DNA of 64,000 nucleotides, from NCBI GenBank assembly GCA_963744715.1, contig CAVUUR010000006.1:96001-160000 (forward strand). The letters are read 5' to 3'. The stretch is from an uncultured bacterium (GTDB lineage Bacteria > Babelota > Babeliae > Babelales > JACPOV01). How positions within the stretch are numbered: the stretch's first letter is position 1; every line of letters starts with the position of its first letter. Below the pieces are notes generated by a model. It had not been told where the DNA came from. It searched no databases and saw only the letters and a program-made list of their open reading frames with translations. Of the stretch, positions 28,996 to 38,787 are shown one piece after another. A program made the position numbers and the translations under genes.

Positions 28996-30187
28996 ATGAA
29001 AAAAAATATCGTATTTTTCTCGTTCTTAGTAATTGGTATAATATATTTTTTTGTTGTAGCACCATTTCTTCACGAAGATAGTAAACTATTTGCGCAAAAC
29101 GTATTGTCGCGAGCAGGTATTACTATCAATGGCAATGAACCTTATGATGTCATGATACATAATGACCAAATTTATTCTAACATTCTCAGTAATGGATCAT
29201 TGGCACTCGGCGAATCATATATGAATGGCTGGTGGGATTGCTTATCGCTTGATCAATTTTTTTATCATATCACCCGCTCCGATATCTATAATCGAACGTA
29301 CAAAAACATTCATTCTCTTGTGCTCTATGTAAAAGCAAAGCTCACAAATTTACAATCATCATCACGCGCCTTCCAAGTAGGTGAGCAACATTATGATATT
29401 GGCAATGATTTGTTCACGCGTATGCTTGATAAAAATATGTTGTATTCGTGCGCTTACTGGAAAAATGCCGATACGTTAGATAAAGCACAAGAAGATAAGT
29501 GTGAACTAATTTGTAAAAAATTATATCTCAAGCCGGGCATGAAAGTTCTGGATATTGGATGTGGCTGGGGAGGATTTGCATTATATGCAGCAAAAAACTA
29601 TGGTGTTGAAGTTGTTGGTGTCACCATTTCTAAAGAGCAAGCCGAGTACGCCCGCAACATAACAAAGGGCTATCCAGTTGAAATACGTTTACAAGATTAT
29701 CGCGATATCGATGAACGCTTTGATCGCATTGTTAGCATCGGCATGTTTGAACATGTGGGATATAAAAATTATGCAACCTTTATGAATATTGCCCAAAAAG
29801 TATTAAAGGATCATGGGTCTATTATTATTACATACTATTGGTGGTAATAATTCGCAAACACATGGAGATCCTTGGCTTAATAAATATATTTTTGCAAATG
29901 GCATGCTTCCTTCAATAGAACAAATTGCACAAGCCAGCCAAGGCATTTTTGTTATGGAAGATTGGCATAATTTTGGGGCTGATTATGATAAAACATTAAT
30001 GGCCTGGCATGCAAATTTTGAAAAAAACTGGGTTGACTTAAAATCTACTTATAGTGATCGTTTTTATCGCATGTGGAAATATTACTTGTTGTCATGTGCC
30101 GGGTTATTTCGAGCACGAACGATACAATTGTGGCAAGTAGTTTTCTCTAAATCTGGTGTTCCCGGCGGCTACGTATCCGTCCGATAA
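28996..30187 (+). pseudogene. cfa: cyclopropane-fatty-acyl-phospholipid synthase, frameshifted
   Basis: HYDIGND, YSCAYW, LDIGCGWG and SIGMFEHVG in the first ORF; LLHTIG...FYRMWKYYL in the second. An extra G at 29815-29817 shifts the frame. Confidence 0.9.
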
Positions 30188-30420
30188 TCATATGTGAGAC
30201 AAAAATAATCTTAAAAAATGCCTGCGATTAGAATGTATGAAAAAATATTAGATGGTCATGCAAAACAGCAATATATCAGCATTTAATGTTTCTTATTTTC
30301 TTAAACTACTGAATTTAAATAGCCATAATTTATTATTTTTGTAATTAATATTGATATTAATAAGAAAAATTTTTTATAATATAATTATATTATAAGATTA
30401 TTTAAGGAAGAGAAAGTATT

Positions 30421-31926
30421 ATGACTACGAAATATCTTTTATATGTAGGCAGTTTTTTGTATTGTACATTGCCATCCTTTTTATATGCTTACCCATATGC
30501 TTTTTACCGATTAATACAGGAAAAAGATAGAGAAATTATAAAAGTAGTCGATTTAATTTGTGATCGTCATCAGAACATTGAACAAAAAGTAAGCAAACCG
30601 TCACGAGGCATACCTATAACGTTATTGTCATCAGATGAACGAGGAATTTTCACTTCCGTAGAGCGAACTTTACTACATACATTACGTGAAATAGCACAAA
30701 AAAAAGAAACGGAGCCTATCACTTTATTGTGGGAAGGAAATAGGGTACTATTTGCAGCTGCTCCTTCGGGAGTCTTTATGCAAGATATTGAAGCAAAATT
30801 CGTTAAAGAGTTTGCAGAAGATCAACGAAAAAATATCATTTTTGCACCAGCAGATTCCTATCGCTTTAATAGTAGGGCGTGGACTCCATTAGTATATAAA
30901 GAATTCATGGATCCAAATGATATTGAACAAATCAGTCTCGGGATGATTGGTTTGTTTATCAAAGATACCTTTCGACAACCACCGCTCAGAGGTGAAGCGG
31001 ATAAGGATTTACAAAAAATACAAGATCCTGCACTAAAATTAAAATTAACTACTATATGGAATCATTATGTAGAAAACACTTTAAAACCCTTTTATGAAAA
31101 ATATATAGCAAACGATGAAGACATGACACTCAATGAATTTATTCGATTACCTATATACAAAGAATTTAATAAAGATTTTAATGATAAAATTATTGCAGTT
31201 ATGACCGATTATGAATTGCTCTTAAAATTATTTGGATCTACAAAACATGTTATTATATATGCAGGAGGAGAACATTGTGATGGTGTGGTAAATATGTTGA
31301 TGGATGAACGTAATACCTATGGCCTGGATGAATATAAATTTCAACTCGTTATGCGTTGTGGTATTGTTAGAGCTCCTGGTCTTTATAATGCAACGTTATT
31401 ACCTGATTTTTGTAGGCTTTTAAAAGAATCTCCTCAATTAATATTGTCAAAATATAAAGCAAAAGGAAAGTATGATCATGTAATCTATAACAGTACCATA
31501 GGAAGATTTTTTGACGTAATGCAGCAAATGAGACAATTAACATTCAAAGAACAACAGCAAATGTTAAACCCCATTTTATCAGAGGCACGTGCTGCTTATG
31601 TAGATTTAATCAATGCACAAGATGCTTCTGGACATACAGCATTATATTATGCTGTAGAAAATCAATCATTTGAAATGACTAAATTTTTACTTAATCATGG
31701 TGCCATCGTCAATATCACCGATGCTCCTTATGGAAATACACCACTTATGGAAGCTGTTTCTTCGGGAGATAAAAGTATAACAATGTTGCTCTTAAACAAA
31801 GGAGCAAATCCTTTGCAGAGCAATCTCTCAGGAACTTCCGTTTTTGATTGGGCACGCACCGAAGATATGAGAAAATTATTATTACCTTACATATATAAGG
31901 CCATGAGGAAACCGAGAAAAAATTAA
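30421..31926 (+). CDS. secreted protein with C-terminal ankyrin repeats (paralog of the 47171-50377 genes)
   Basis: Signal peptide; GHTALYYAV, GNTPLMEAV; N-domain DLICDRH, LLWE, YAGGEH. Confidence 0.88.
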   Translation: MTTKYLLYVGSFLYCTLPSFLYAYPYAFYRLIQEKDREIIKVVDLICDRHQNIEQKVSKPSRGIPITLLSSDERGIFTSVERTLLHTLREIAQKKETEPITLLWEGNRVLFAAAPSGVFMQDIEAKFVKEFAEDQRKNIIFAPADSYRFNSRAWTPLVYKEFMDPNDIEQISLGMIGLFIKDTFRQPPLRGEADKDLQKIQDPALKLKLTTIWNHYVENTLKPFYEKYIANDEDMTLNEFIRLPIYKEFNKDFNDKIIAVMTDYELLLKLFGSTKHVIIYAGGEHCDGVVNMLMDERNTYGLDEYKFQLVMRCGIVRAPGLYNATLLPDFCRLLKESPQLILSKYKAKGKYDHVIYNSTIGRFFDVMQQMRQLTFKEQQQMLNPILSEARAAYVDLINAQDASGHTALYYAVENQSFEMTKFLLNHGAIVNITDAPYGNTPLMEAVSSGDKSITMLLLNKGANPLQSNLSGTSVFDWARTEDMRKLLLPYIYKAMRKPRKN

Positions 31927-32003
31927 ACGGAGACAATACGTTCAAGGCCTTTTTTGTATCCGAGGTTAATCTGCTGTCATAACTTGTGGTTTTTGTGGCT
32001 CTG

Positions 32004-32033
32004 TTGACATTCTCAAAAATGATTTTTTACAAT
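32004..32033 (+). promoter_or_regulatory. sigma70-type promoter
   Basis: TTGACA-18 nt-TACAAT upstream of the YVTN gene. Confidence 0.55.
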
Positions 32034-32074
32034 AGCAACGAGTAGTTGTCGTAATATTTTTTTCAGAGTAGATT

Positions 32075-33193
32075 GTGATGATAAAAAAATTGCAGAGATA
32101 TTCTTTTTTAAGCTTTTTATTCTTAGTAATGTCAGCACCTATCCATGCGGTTTCGTCCGATCATGTTGTTGCAACTATTAATGTCGGCGTAACGCCGGCT
32201 GGGATTGGTATTACTCCCGATAATCGTTTTGCCTATGTTGCAAACAATAATAATTATAGCATTGCAGGGCAGGATAACGTTAGCGTATTAAATCTCATGG
32301 ACAACACCTTACAACAAACTATCAATGATGCGAGTTTTAATGAACCATATACGGTAACCATTAATAAGGCCGGAACAAAGGCTTATGTAACCAATAGCAA
32401 TAGCACAACCATAACTATTATTGATATACCAACTAATACCGTCAGCGGCATAATACCTGGTTTCGATGGCCCATCGGGTATGGTTATAACGCCCAATGGC
32501 AACACCGCATACGTTAATAATTATGGCGGCCCCGGTGGCCTTGGTAGCGGTAATGGAACAACCGTACGTGTGGTTAATTTAACTACCAATACTATTGTTG
32601 GCCCACCAATTACCGTCGGCCTCGCTCCCGCCGGATTAGCAATATCGCCCGATGGGGCATTCGTTTATGTTATTAATTACGTTACAGGAAATCCTGTCAG
32701 TGGCACCATCAGCGTTATACAAACAAGTACTAATACCGTAGTTAATACCATCCCGGGTTTTTCTGGGCCATTTGCCATCGCGATAACACCCAATGGCAAG
32801 TATGCGTATGTAACTAATTTTGGTAGCAACAATTTTGCACCTTTTGGTACCAGCATAAGTGTTGTAAATTTAACAAGTAATACCATAATTGCAGCTATTA
32901 ACGTTGGCATACAACCATCCGGTATCGCCATAACACCAGATGGCCGTTACGCCTACGTAACTAATTATAATACGTTGTATGCCGGTTCTGGATTTACTAA
33001 TTTAACCGCCGGCCAAGGAACGGTTAATATTATTGATATTGAAACCAATACCGTAATTCCTCCCATAATTGCTGTTGGGGAATCTCCCGCGAACATTGCA
33101 ATATCCTCAAATGGTAAATTCGCGTATGTTTCTAATTATACTTCTAATACGGTAACGGTTCTTAATATTCTCGAGAGAATGTGGCTTAAATAA
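32075..33193 (+). CDS. YVTN beta-propeller repeat protein (YncE-like)
   Basis: About seven repeats of P.GIAITPDG.YAYVTN.....VS.I; signal peptide. Confidence 0.92.
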   Translation: MMIKKLQRYSFLSFLFLVMSAPIHAVSSDHVVATINVGVTPAGIGITPDNRFAYVANNNNYSIAGQDNVSVLNLMDNTLQQTINDASFNEPYTVTINKAGTKAYVTNSNSTTITIIDIPTNTVSGIIPGFDGPSGMVITPNGNTAYVNNYGGPGGLGSGNGTTVRVVNLTTNTIVGPPITVGLAPAGLAISPDGAFVYVINYVTGNPVSGTISVIQTSTNTVVNTIPGFSGPFAIAITPNGKYAYVTNFGSNNFAPFGTSISVVNLTSNTIIAAINVGIQPSGIAITPDGRYAYVTNYNTLYAGSGFTNLTAGQGTVNIIDIETNTVIPPIIAVGESPANIAISSNGKFAYVSNYTSNTVTVLNILERMWLK

Positions 33194-33218
33194 TGGTAAT
33201 GAAAAAAAGTAGTAACCT

Positions 33219-33797
33219 ATGAAGAAAATTATAATTCTTATTTTTTTTATATCACTGATGTTATCGACCCATACATGGTGTGATACTGCAACAATGCGAT
33301 CGTGTTTTACCGGTGCACTTTCTGCCGGATATGTTTTTAAACACAGTGACCATAATTTTAAAAAAGTATATGGTCGCGGTATGGGCAATGTATTAACGGC
33401 TGACATTTGTTATTATCCTTGGCAATCATGGGGAATTGGTGGAAAAATAAGTTATTGGCTAGCACCAGGACGAACAACATTTTTCAAAAGACACACCTTT
33501 TTACAGGAGATACCGGTTACTTTTTATGTGCGCAAGATGATCGATTTCTGCAGCGGATTGCAACTGTATGCTTCACTCGGCGGTGGATTTACCTGGATTA
33601 GAGAGCACAGTTATCTTGGACGCGTGCAACAATGTAGAGGCGTTGGCGAAGTTGAAATTGGTTTACATTATCCCGTTTGGTGCCGCCTTGATTTTACCAG
33701 CGCATTTCGCTATCTGTTTCCGCGACAATCACAACGCCATGCAAAAGCAGACGTTGGTGGATTTGATCTAAGAACCGGTCTTGGATTCTCATTCTAA
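33219..33797 (+). CDS. small outer-membrane beta-barrel protein
   Basis: Signal peptide; YASLGGG; terminal DLRTGLGFSF. Confidence 0.75.
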   Translation: MKKIIILIFFISLMLSTHTWCDTATMRSCFTGALSAGYVFKHSDHNFKKVYGRGMGNVLTADICYYPWQSWGIGGKISYWLAPGRTTFFKRHTFLQEIPVTFYVRKMIDFCSGLQLYASLGGGFTWIREHSYLGRVQQCRGVGEVEIGLHYPVWCRLDFTSAFRYLFPRQSQRHAKADVGGFDLRTGLGFSF

Positions 33798-33807
33798 AAT
33801 TATTTTT

Positions 33808-34386
33808 TCAATCAAACTTATAACCGTTTTTACCGTGTTGATATCCTGTGTCAGTCTTTACAATAATTCCTTGTTCAATAAGTGCCTTATCATCTTCTTC
33901 ATAAAATAAATTAATTTCTGGCTTATTTTTAAAGCTCCTTACACAACATTCTAATTGTCCTTCAAAAGTACCACACTGGTTCTGAATTTTCTGGTTACAG
34001 GTTAGAATAATTTGTTTCTCTTTTTGTTTGGCCAATATAAAAGTTAGTTGATCACCATCTTTTTTTCCACGTAATGTACTCAATGGTAATACTTCGGGAA
34101 ACTCTATAAGCCCAGGCAAATAAAGAAGATTTCTTGAATAACCTTGTCCCTTAAATGCACGCACACTGACAAGCGGATCAGCTGCCTGCATCTCTAAATC
34201 AATCACTTTTTGAATATCTTTTTGAACTAATGGCGAGTAGAAAATATCATGAGGATGAATAACTAAAACTCCCGTGATAACTTCCAGTGGATCTGATTTT
34301 TTTTCAACCGATTGCCCAACATTATTATTATCCATGGCAACGCACATGGTTGTTGCAAACAATACGATTCCTATAATTTTTTTCAT
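33808..34386 (-). CDS. secreted hypothetical protein, tandem paralog A
   Basis: Highly similar to 34588-35235 (KKSDPLEVI, QKEKQIILTCNQKIQ, GYQHG.NGYKFD). Confidence 0.8.
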   Translation of the reverse strand: MKKIIGIVLFATTMCVAMDNNNVGQSVEKKSDPLEVITGVLVIHPHDIFYSPLVQKDIQKVIDLEMQAADPLVSVRAFKGQGYSRNLLYLPGLIEFPEVLPLSTLRGKKDGDQLTFILAKQKEKQIILTCNQKIQNQCGTFEGQLECCVRSFKNKPEINLFYEEDDKALIEQGIIVKTDTGYQHGKNGYKFD

Positions 34387-34587
34387 GTATACTCCTTATT
34401 AAATGTAGGTATATTTATCATGTACTTAATCCAACGCGCTCAGAAGTATAATCGATTTTTATGCGGAGCTCAAAGATTTTATTAAATTTTTTATCTACGA
34501 ACTTACACGGATAATAAGAATATCTTTGAGAGCCGCTCTTTTTTTTGAAGATTAAATGCTGTGAAAAAACTTTCTTGAAAAGCTTCT

Positions 34588-35235
34588 TTAATCAAATTTA
34601 TAGCCATTAGGACCGTGTTGATATCCTTCGCCACACTTTACAATAATTCCTTGTGCAACGAGGTCTTCTTCATCGAATAGATGAAAATTTGGCTTCTTTT
34701 TAAAGACTGTTATACAATATGCCAATTGCGCTTCAAAACTGTCAGCCCCATATAGATGAGTATGTGGTGGTATACAGCTTGTTTTGCAATATGCTAATGA
34801 CTCTTCAACAGCTGACTTCTTCTGAATTTTTTGATTACAGGTCAGAATAATTTGCTTCTCTTTTTGCTTGGCCAATATAAAAGTCAGTTCGCCACCATCT
34901 TTTTTGTCACGTAACTTACTCAATGGTAACATTTCAGGAAACTCCGCAAACCCTGGCAAGTAAAGAGGGCTTTTCGAAGAACCATCTCCCTCAAATGCAC
35001 GTATACTGACCAGTGGATCTGATGCCTTCATTTCCATATTAAGTGCTTTTTTAATACCTTTCTGAGCAAATGGTGAATATCTAATTCCCTCAAGCGTTTG
35101 AATGACTAAAGTTCCTCTGATAACTTCCAGTGGATCTGATTTTTTTTCAATCAGTTGTTCAACGTTATTATTATCCATAGCAACACACAGGGTTGTTGAA
35201 AACAATACGATTCCTATAATTTTTTTCATGGACAC
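34588..35235 (-). CDS. secreted hypothetical protein, tandem paralog B
   Basis: As paralog A, with a ~25-aa insertion. Confidence 0.8.
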   Translation of the reverse strand: MSMKKIIGIVLFSTTLCVAMDNNNVEQLIEKKSDPLEVIRGTLVIQTLEGIRYSPFAQKGIKKALNMEMKASDPLVSIRAFEGDGSSKSPLYLPGFAEFPEMLPLSKLRDKKDGGELTFILAKQKEKQIILTCNQKIQKKSAVEESLAYCKTSCIPPHTHLYGADSFEAQLAYCITVFKKKPNFHLFDEEDLVAQGIIVKCGEGYQHGPNGYKFD

Positions 35236-35438
35236 TCCTTTTACCTCTACCTAGTTTATTATTTGCTGAAGATAGTTCATTTCAGTAACTATAATCAAAT
35301 TTTTTGATGAACTCAAAGCTTTCATTAAATTTATTATCCTGCTCACACGATAATAAGAACAAATTTTTTACATTAATTTATTATAATATATTTGTTATAT
35401 TTTATAGTACTTTTTGCACACTTTTAAAGTGAGATTTT

Positions 35439-35772
35439 ATGGGCTGGAAAATAGAATTTTATGATAATAAAGTTATGGACATTATTCAAGATTGGCCTGC
35501 CCGTATTAAAGCTAAATTTGTGCGCATAATTGAACTCATTAAAAAAGTTGGTCCAAATGAAGTTGGCATACCCCCATATCAAACCATTAGGACATGGTCT
35601 TTTTGAGATTAGAGCAAAGAGTGATGAAGGTATTGGACGAGCATTTTTTTGTATGATAAAAGGACAAGTTATTATAATTCTTAACGGATTTATAAAGAAA
35701 ACACAAAAAACTCCTTTTGGAGAAATTGAATTGGCAAAAAAGAGAATGCTGGAGGTAAAAGACAATGGCTAA
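35439..35772 (+). pseudogene. RelE/HigB (Gp49/DUF891-like) toxin, frameshifted
   Basis: ATG 35439 MGWKIEFY...GPNEVGIP; an extra C in the C5 run 35571-35575 shifts off PHIKPLGHGLFEIR...GFIKKTQKTP. Confidence 0.88.
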
Positions 35773-36065
35773 AAGATCTGATTTTGAAACATTTAAAAAA
35801 ACAGCTATGCAGGATAAAGAGTTTAAGACTGAGTATGAATTACTGTAGTCAGAATTTGAACTCATACAAAAATTTATTGAAGCCAGAAAAAAGGCGCGTT
35901 ACTCACAATCGGAAATTAGCGCAAAGACTCAAGCTTCAACAGCCGGCTATTGCTCGTTTAGAAAAAGGGGGCTATACCAGAACCTCGGTTGCTAAATTAT
36001 CGAGAATTGCTGATGCGTTAGGGTATTCAATAAAAATTTCATTGGCCCCTAAAAAACAAAAATAA
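35765..36065 (+). pseudogene. HigA-like XRE HTH antitoxin, with nonsense codon and frameshift
   Basis: MAKRSDFETFKK...EYELL, in-frame TAG at 35846-35848, extra A at 35913-35915 before ELAQRLKLQQPAIARLEKG. Confidence 0.88.
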
Positions 36066-36091
36066 GATAAAGTAGAACCGATAGAAATCTA

Positions 36092-36937
36092 TTAATACAA
36101 CCATTTCTTAAATGCATTTTTTGTCCAACGGTAGCCTTCGATCCAACTATAATTTGCACGGATCATAGTTTGTGCTGAAGCTAATGTTCCGGGATCTGTT
36201 ACTTTACTCGTTAACTTCACCACCGCATTTAATAGTGCCTCCGAAGAACTTTTTTGATACGCAATGGCTGCAGTACCGGCGGCAATCGTTGCCACACCAA
36301 TAATTTTTCCAATAGTACCAACGCCGCGTAATGAATCTACAATATTTTGTTGTATATTTTTAAGAGTTGGTTGATCACTCGCTGCCGTCAGTGACGTTAA
36401 CACCACCGCAGAACACATCGATAACAACATTGCCTGATTTGCTGAGGGATCCATGCTCCATGCATAAAAACCCATACCCGCAGCGGCTAAGGTAGTAAGC
36501 ACCGTTTGTGCAAGTTCTCGTGATTCATTACCGCGAGCCAACGCAATTGCTTGTTGTGCAACTTCTTCACCCACTGCATACGTAACACCGGACCCAATAT
36601 TTTCTAATGCCAAATACGTAACTGCTTGCAAACTATCGATGGTAATAAATGATGATAAACAACGTAAAGAATTGCTTTGACAATCAAGCGTTAATACTAC
36701 AGCAGCTTCCATACCAAAAATAACCAGCGTCGGTTTATTTAGTTTACTAATAACATTATAAATACCAAAGTTAATAACGGCCGGACCGTGAGTGAGTGCA
36801 AGAGTACTTACATTTTGTGCACTCGTGGTAACGCATTCCACAATTGGTTCACTCAATTGAGTAATATTCATGGAATAACTGAGATTTGTGCTCATTAACA
36901 CAATGATAAGAAGAAATTTTCTGATGCCCATTGCCAC
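36092..36937 (-). CDS. hypothetical exported/membrane protein
   Basis: Signal-like N-terminus and Ala-rich hydrophobic segments. Confidence 0.7.
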   Translation of the reverse strand: MAMGIRKFLLIIVLMSTNLSYSMNITQLSEPIVECVTTSAQNVSTLALTHGPAVINFGIYNVISKLNKPTLVIFGMEAAVVLTLDCQSNSLRCLSSFITIDSLQAVTYLALENIGSGVTYAVGEEVAQQAIALARGNESRELAQTVLTTLAAAGMGFYAWSMDPSANQAMLLSMCSAVVLTSLTAASDQPTLKNIQQNIVDSLRGVGTIGKIIGVATIAAGTAAIAYQKSSSEALLNAVVKLTSKVTDPGTLASAQTMIRANYSWIEGYRWTKNAFKKWLY

Positions 36938-37160
36938 ACTTCCTATTTTTTATCTATTATTTCTAGTAGTTATTATTATACAGTAAATACCGCATAAATG
37001 GCAATACTATTATATTAGTATAGTGCGCACCTTTGATAACTGAAAACGGTTAACTAAAAAATCAGAAATAATGGTTTGTAAAATGAAAAGGTTGATAATG
37101 AAGCTAAAAAAAAATTAAGGAAATTTTTTTGGTAGATTTATTCTTTAAAATGTTCAATTT

Positions 37161-37505
37161 TTAGTTTTTAATCATATCTTCTTGTTTTACATAGTACCAA
37201 GATACATTAAAACTACCCGTTTGCTCCACCGCCTGCACAAGTTTAGTAACGTCATTGTTGGTTTGGACAGAATAATAACCGTCAACGTTATTCAATAAAT
37301 CAACTTTAGCGATCAATAATTTATCATTGCCTAGTGTTGACACGTCAGGTTTTGGATCATTTTGCGAATAAGTAGGTACGTGAAATTCTGTAAGTTTAGT
37401 TGCTATTTGTTCTATTTTTGCAGTATTAAGCTTTTTTATTCCACCAAGTATAGTCAGAGGTAAAGAACTTATGCATAGTACTAATAAAAAAATAACATTC
37501 TTCAT
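37161..37505 (-). CDS. small secreted protein, tandem paralog A
   Basis: Shares IATKLTEFHVPTYSQNDPKPDVSTL and NVSWYYV with 37623-38015. Confidence 0.8.
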   Translation of the reverse strand: MKNVIFLLVLCISSLPLTILGGIKKLNTAKIEQIATKLTEFHVPTYSQNDPKPDVSTLGNDKLLIAKVDLLNNVDGYYSVQTNNDVTKLVQAVEQTGSFNVSWYYVKQEDMIKN

Positions 37506-37622
37506 AAGTCTCCTAAAATGTAGATACCTTTGTGTAACTCAGTGCATAGTACTAAAAAATAGCAGGCGGGACAATCGGTTACTTCGGAAAATGAGATTAT
37601 ACAAGATTAATATATTTTAACG

Positions 37623-38015
37623 TTATTTAATTGCTAACTTCTCCATTGAAGGTATATCATCTCGTTGCACATAATACCAAGATACATTCCAACTACCATC
37701 AACAACCACTTCCACAAGCGAACCAAAAAGCGCAACCCCTCCCACAATCTTATTAACGTCATCGTTAGTTTGGAAAGAATAATAACGGCAAGAATCAGAT
37801 AAATTCGTTTTAGCAATCAGTAGTTTATCATCACCTAGCTGTAACGTTGACACGTCTGGTTTTGGATCATTTTGCGAATAAGTAGGTACGTGAAATTCTG
37901 TAAGTTTAGTTGCTATTTCTTGTATGCGCTCAACGCTAAGCTTTGTTATTACACCACATACTGCAAGAGGTAAAAAATTTGCGCATACTACTAATAAAAA
38001 AATAGCGTTCTTCAT
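37623..38015 (-). CDS. small secreted protein, tandem paralog B
   Basis: See paralog A; upstream sequences are also similar. Confidence 0.8.
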   Translation of the reverse strand: MKNAIFLLVVCANFLPLAVCGVITKLSVERIQEIATKLTEFHVPTYSQNDPKPDVSTLQLGDDKLLIAKTNLSDSCRYYSFQTNDDVNKIVGGVALFGSLVEVVVDGSWNVSWYYVQRDDIPSMEKLAIK

Positions 38016-38132
38016 GAGTCTCCTACAATATAGATATGCCTACATACACTCAATGCATAGTATCAAAAAATAGCCACGATGAAAATATTTTTTTAGCATG
38101 GACTAGATTTATTAATCAGCTAATTGATCATC

Positions 38133-38590
38133 CTAGTTCTTCATACCAAGATAGTGAAGAATTGTATGCGCTGCCTTACGGTATGCATCAACGTGTGGAT
38201 CACCTTCCCTTTCACGAAGCTTCTGCGTATAATCATCAATATTTTCACCAGGTTGACATTTTTCTTCAAATTCTTCTTTAACTTTACCTGCTTGCACAAC
38301 CGTATGCAAGTGGGCAGCTTGTCTTTAGTTTTTTCCGCATAATCTAAAGGAGTTTTGCCATGCTGATCCCGAGCCTTAACGCTATTGTTGCAAAAAATTA
38401 AAAAAGCCGCGCGATAAGCTCGACCTAAATCATATGGATCGTTGGCATCTAATACTAAGATGGGGTCTAAAGGTTGCCAATCGGGAGGATTCCCAATATG
38501 AATATCTCCAATTTTATTGCTTATATCTTCCTCCATACTTTTCACAATACATGGAATCAGAAACAATGAAATAATAATTATTTTTTTCAT
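38133..38590 (-). pseudogene. secreted ankyrin-like protein, frameshifted paralog of 40475-40951
   Basis: GKTPLDYA..TK.KLP; a 1-nt loss near 38310 hides LHTVVQAGKVKEEFEEK..., which matches the paralog and ends at TAG 38133-38135. Confidence 0.8.
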
Positions 38591-38787
38591 ACAATAATTC
38601 CCTTAATATAACCTAACATACATTATTGGGCACTTTACTATTCTCATTACAAACAATCAAGCCTATTGGTTTTTTTAATTCTTAGTAGGCCGTTGCTTTT
38701 TATGTAAAGTTAGGCATAATTACAATATATTATTCAATTATTTATTATTTTAAATAGTAAATCAGCTGTTTATGGGGGTTAAAAAGC

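Noticed and set aside
35846..35848. TAG recoding or alternative genetic code
   Set aside because: TAG ends normal genes here (tamB, cdsA), and the same gene also has a frameshift
35424..35865. Minus-strand ORFs of 113 and 92 aa
   Set aside because: Antisense shadows of the decayed TA module
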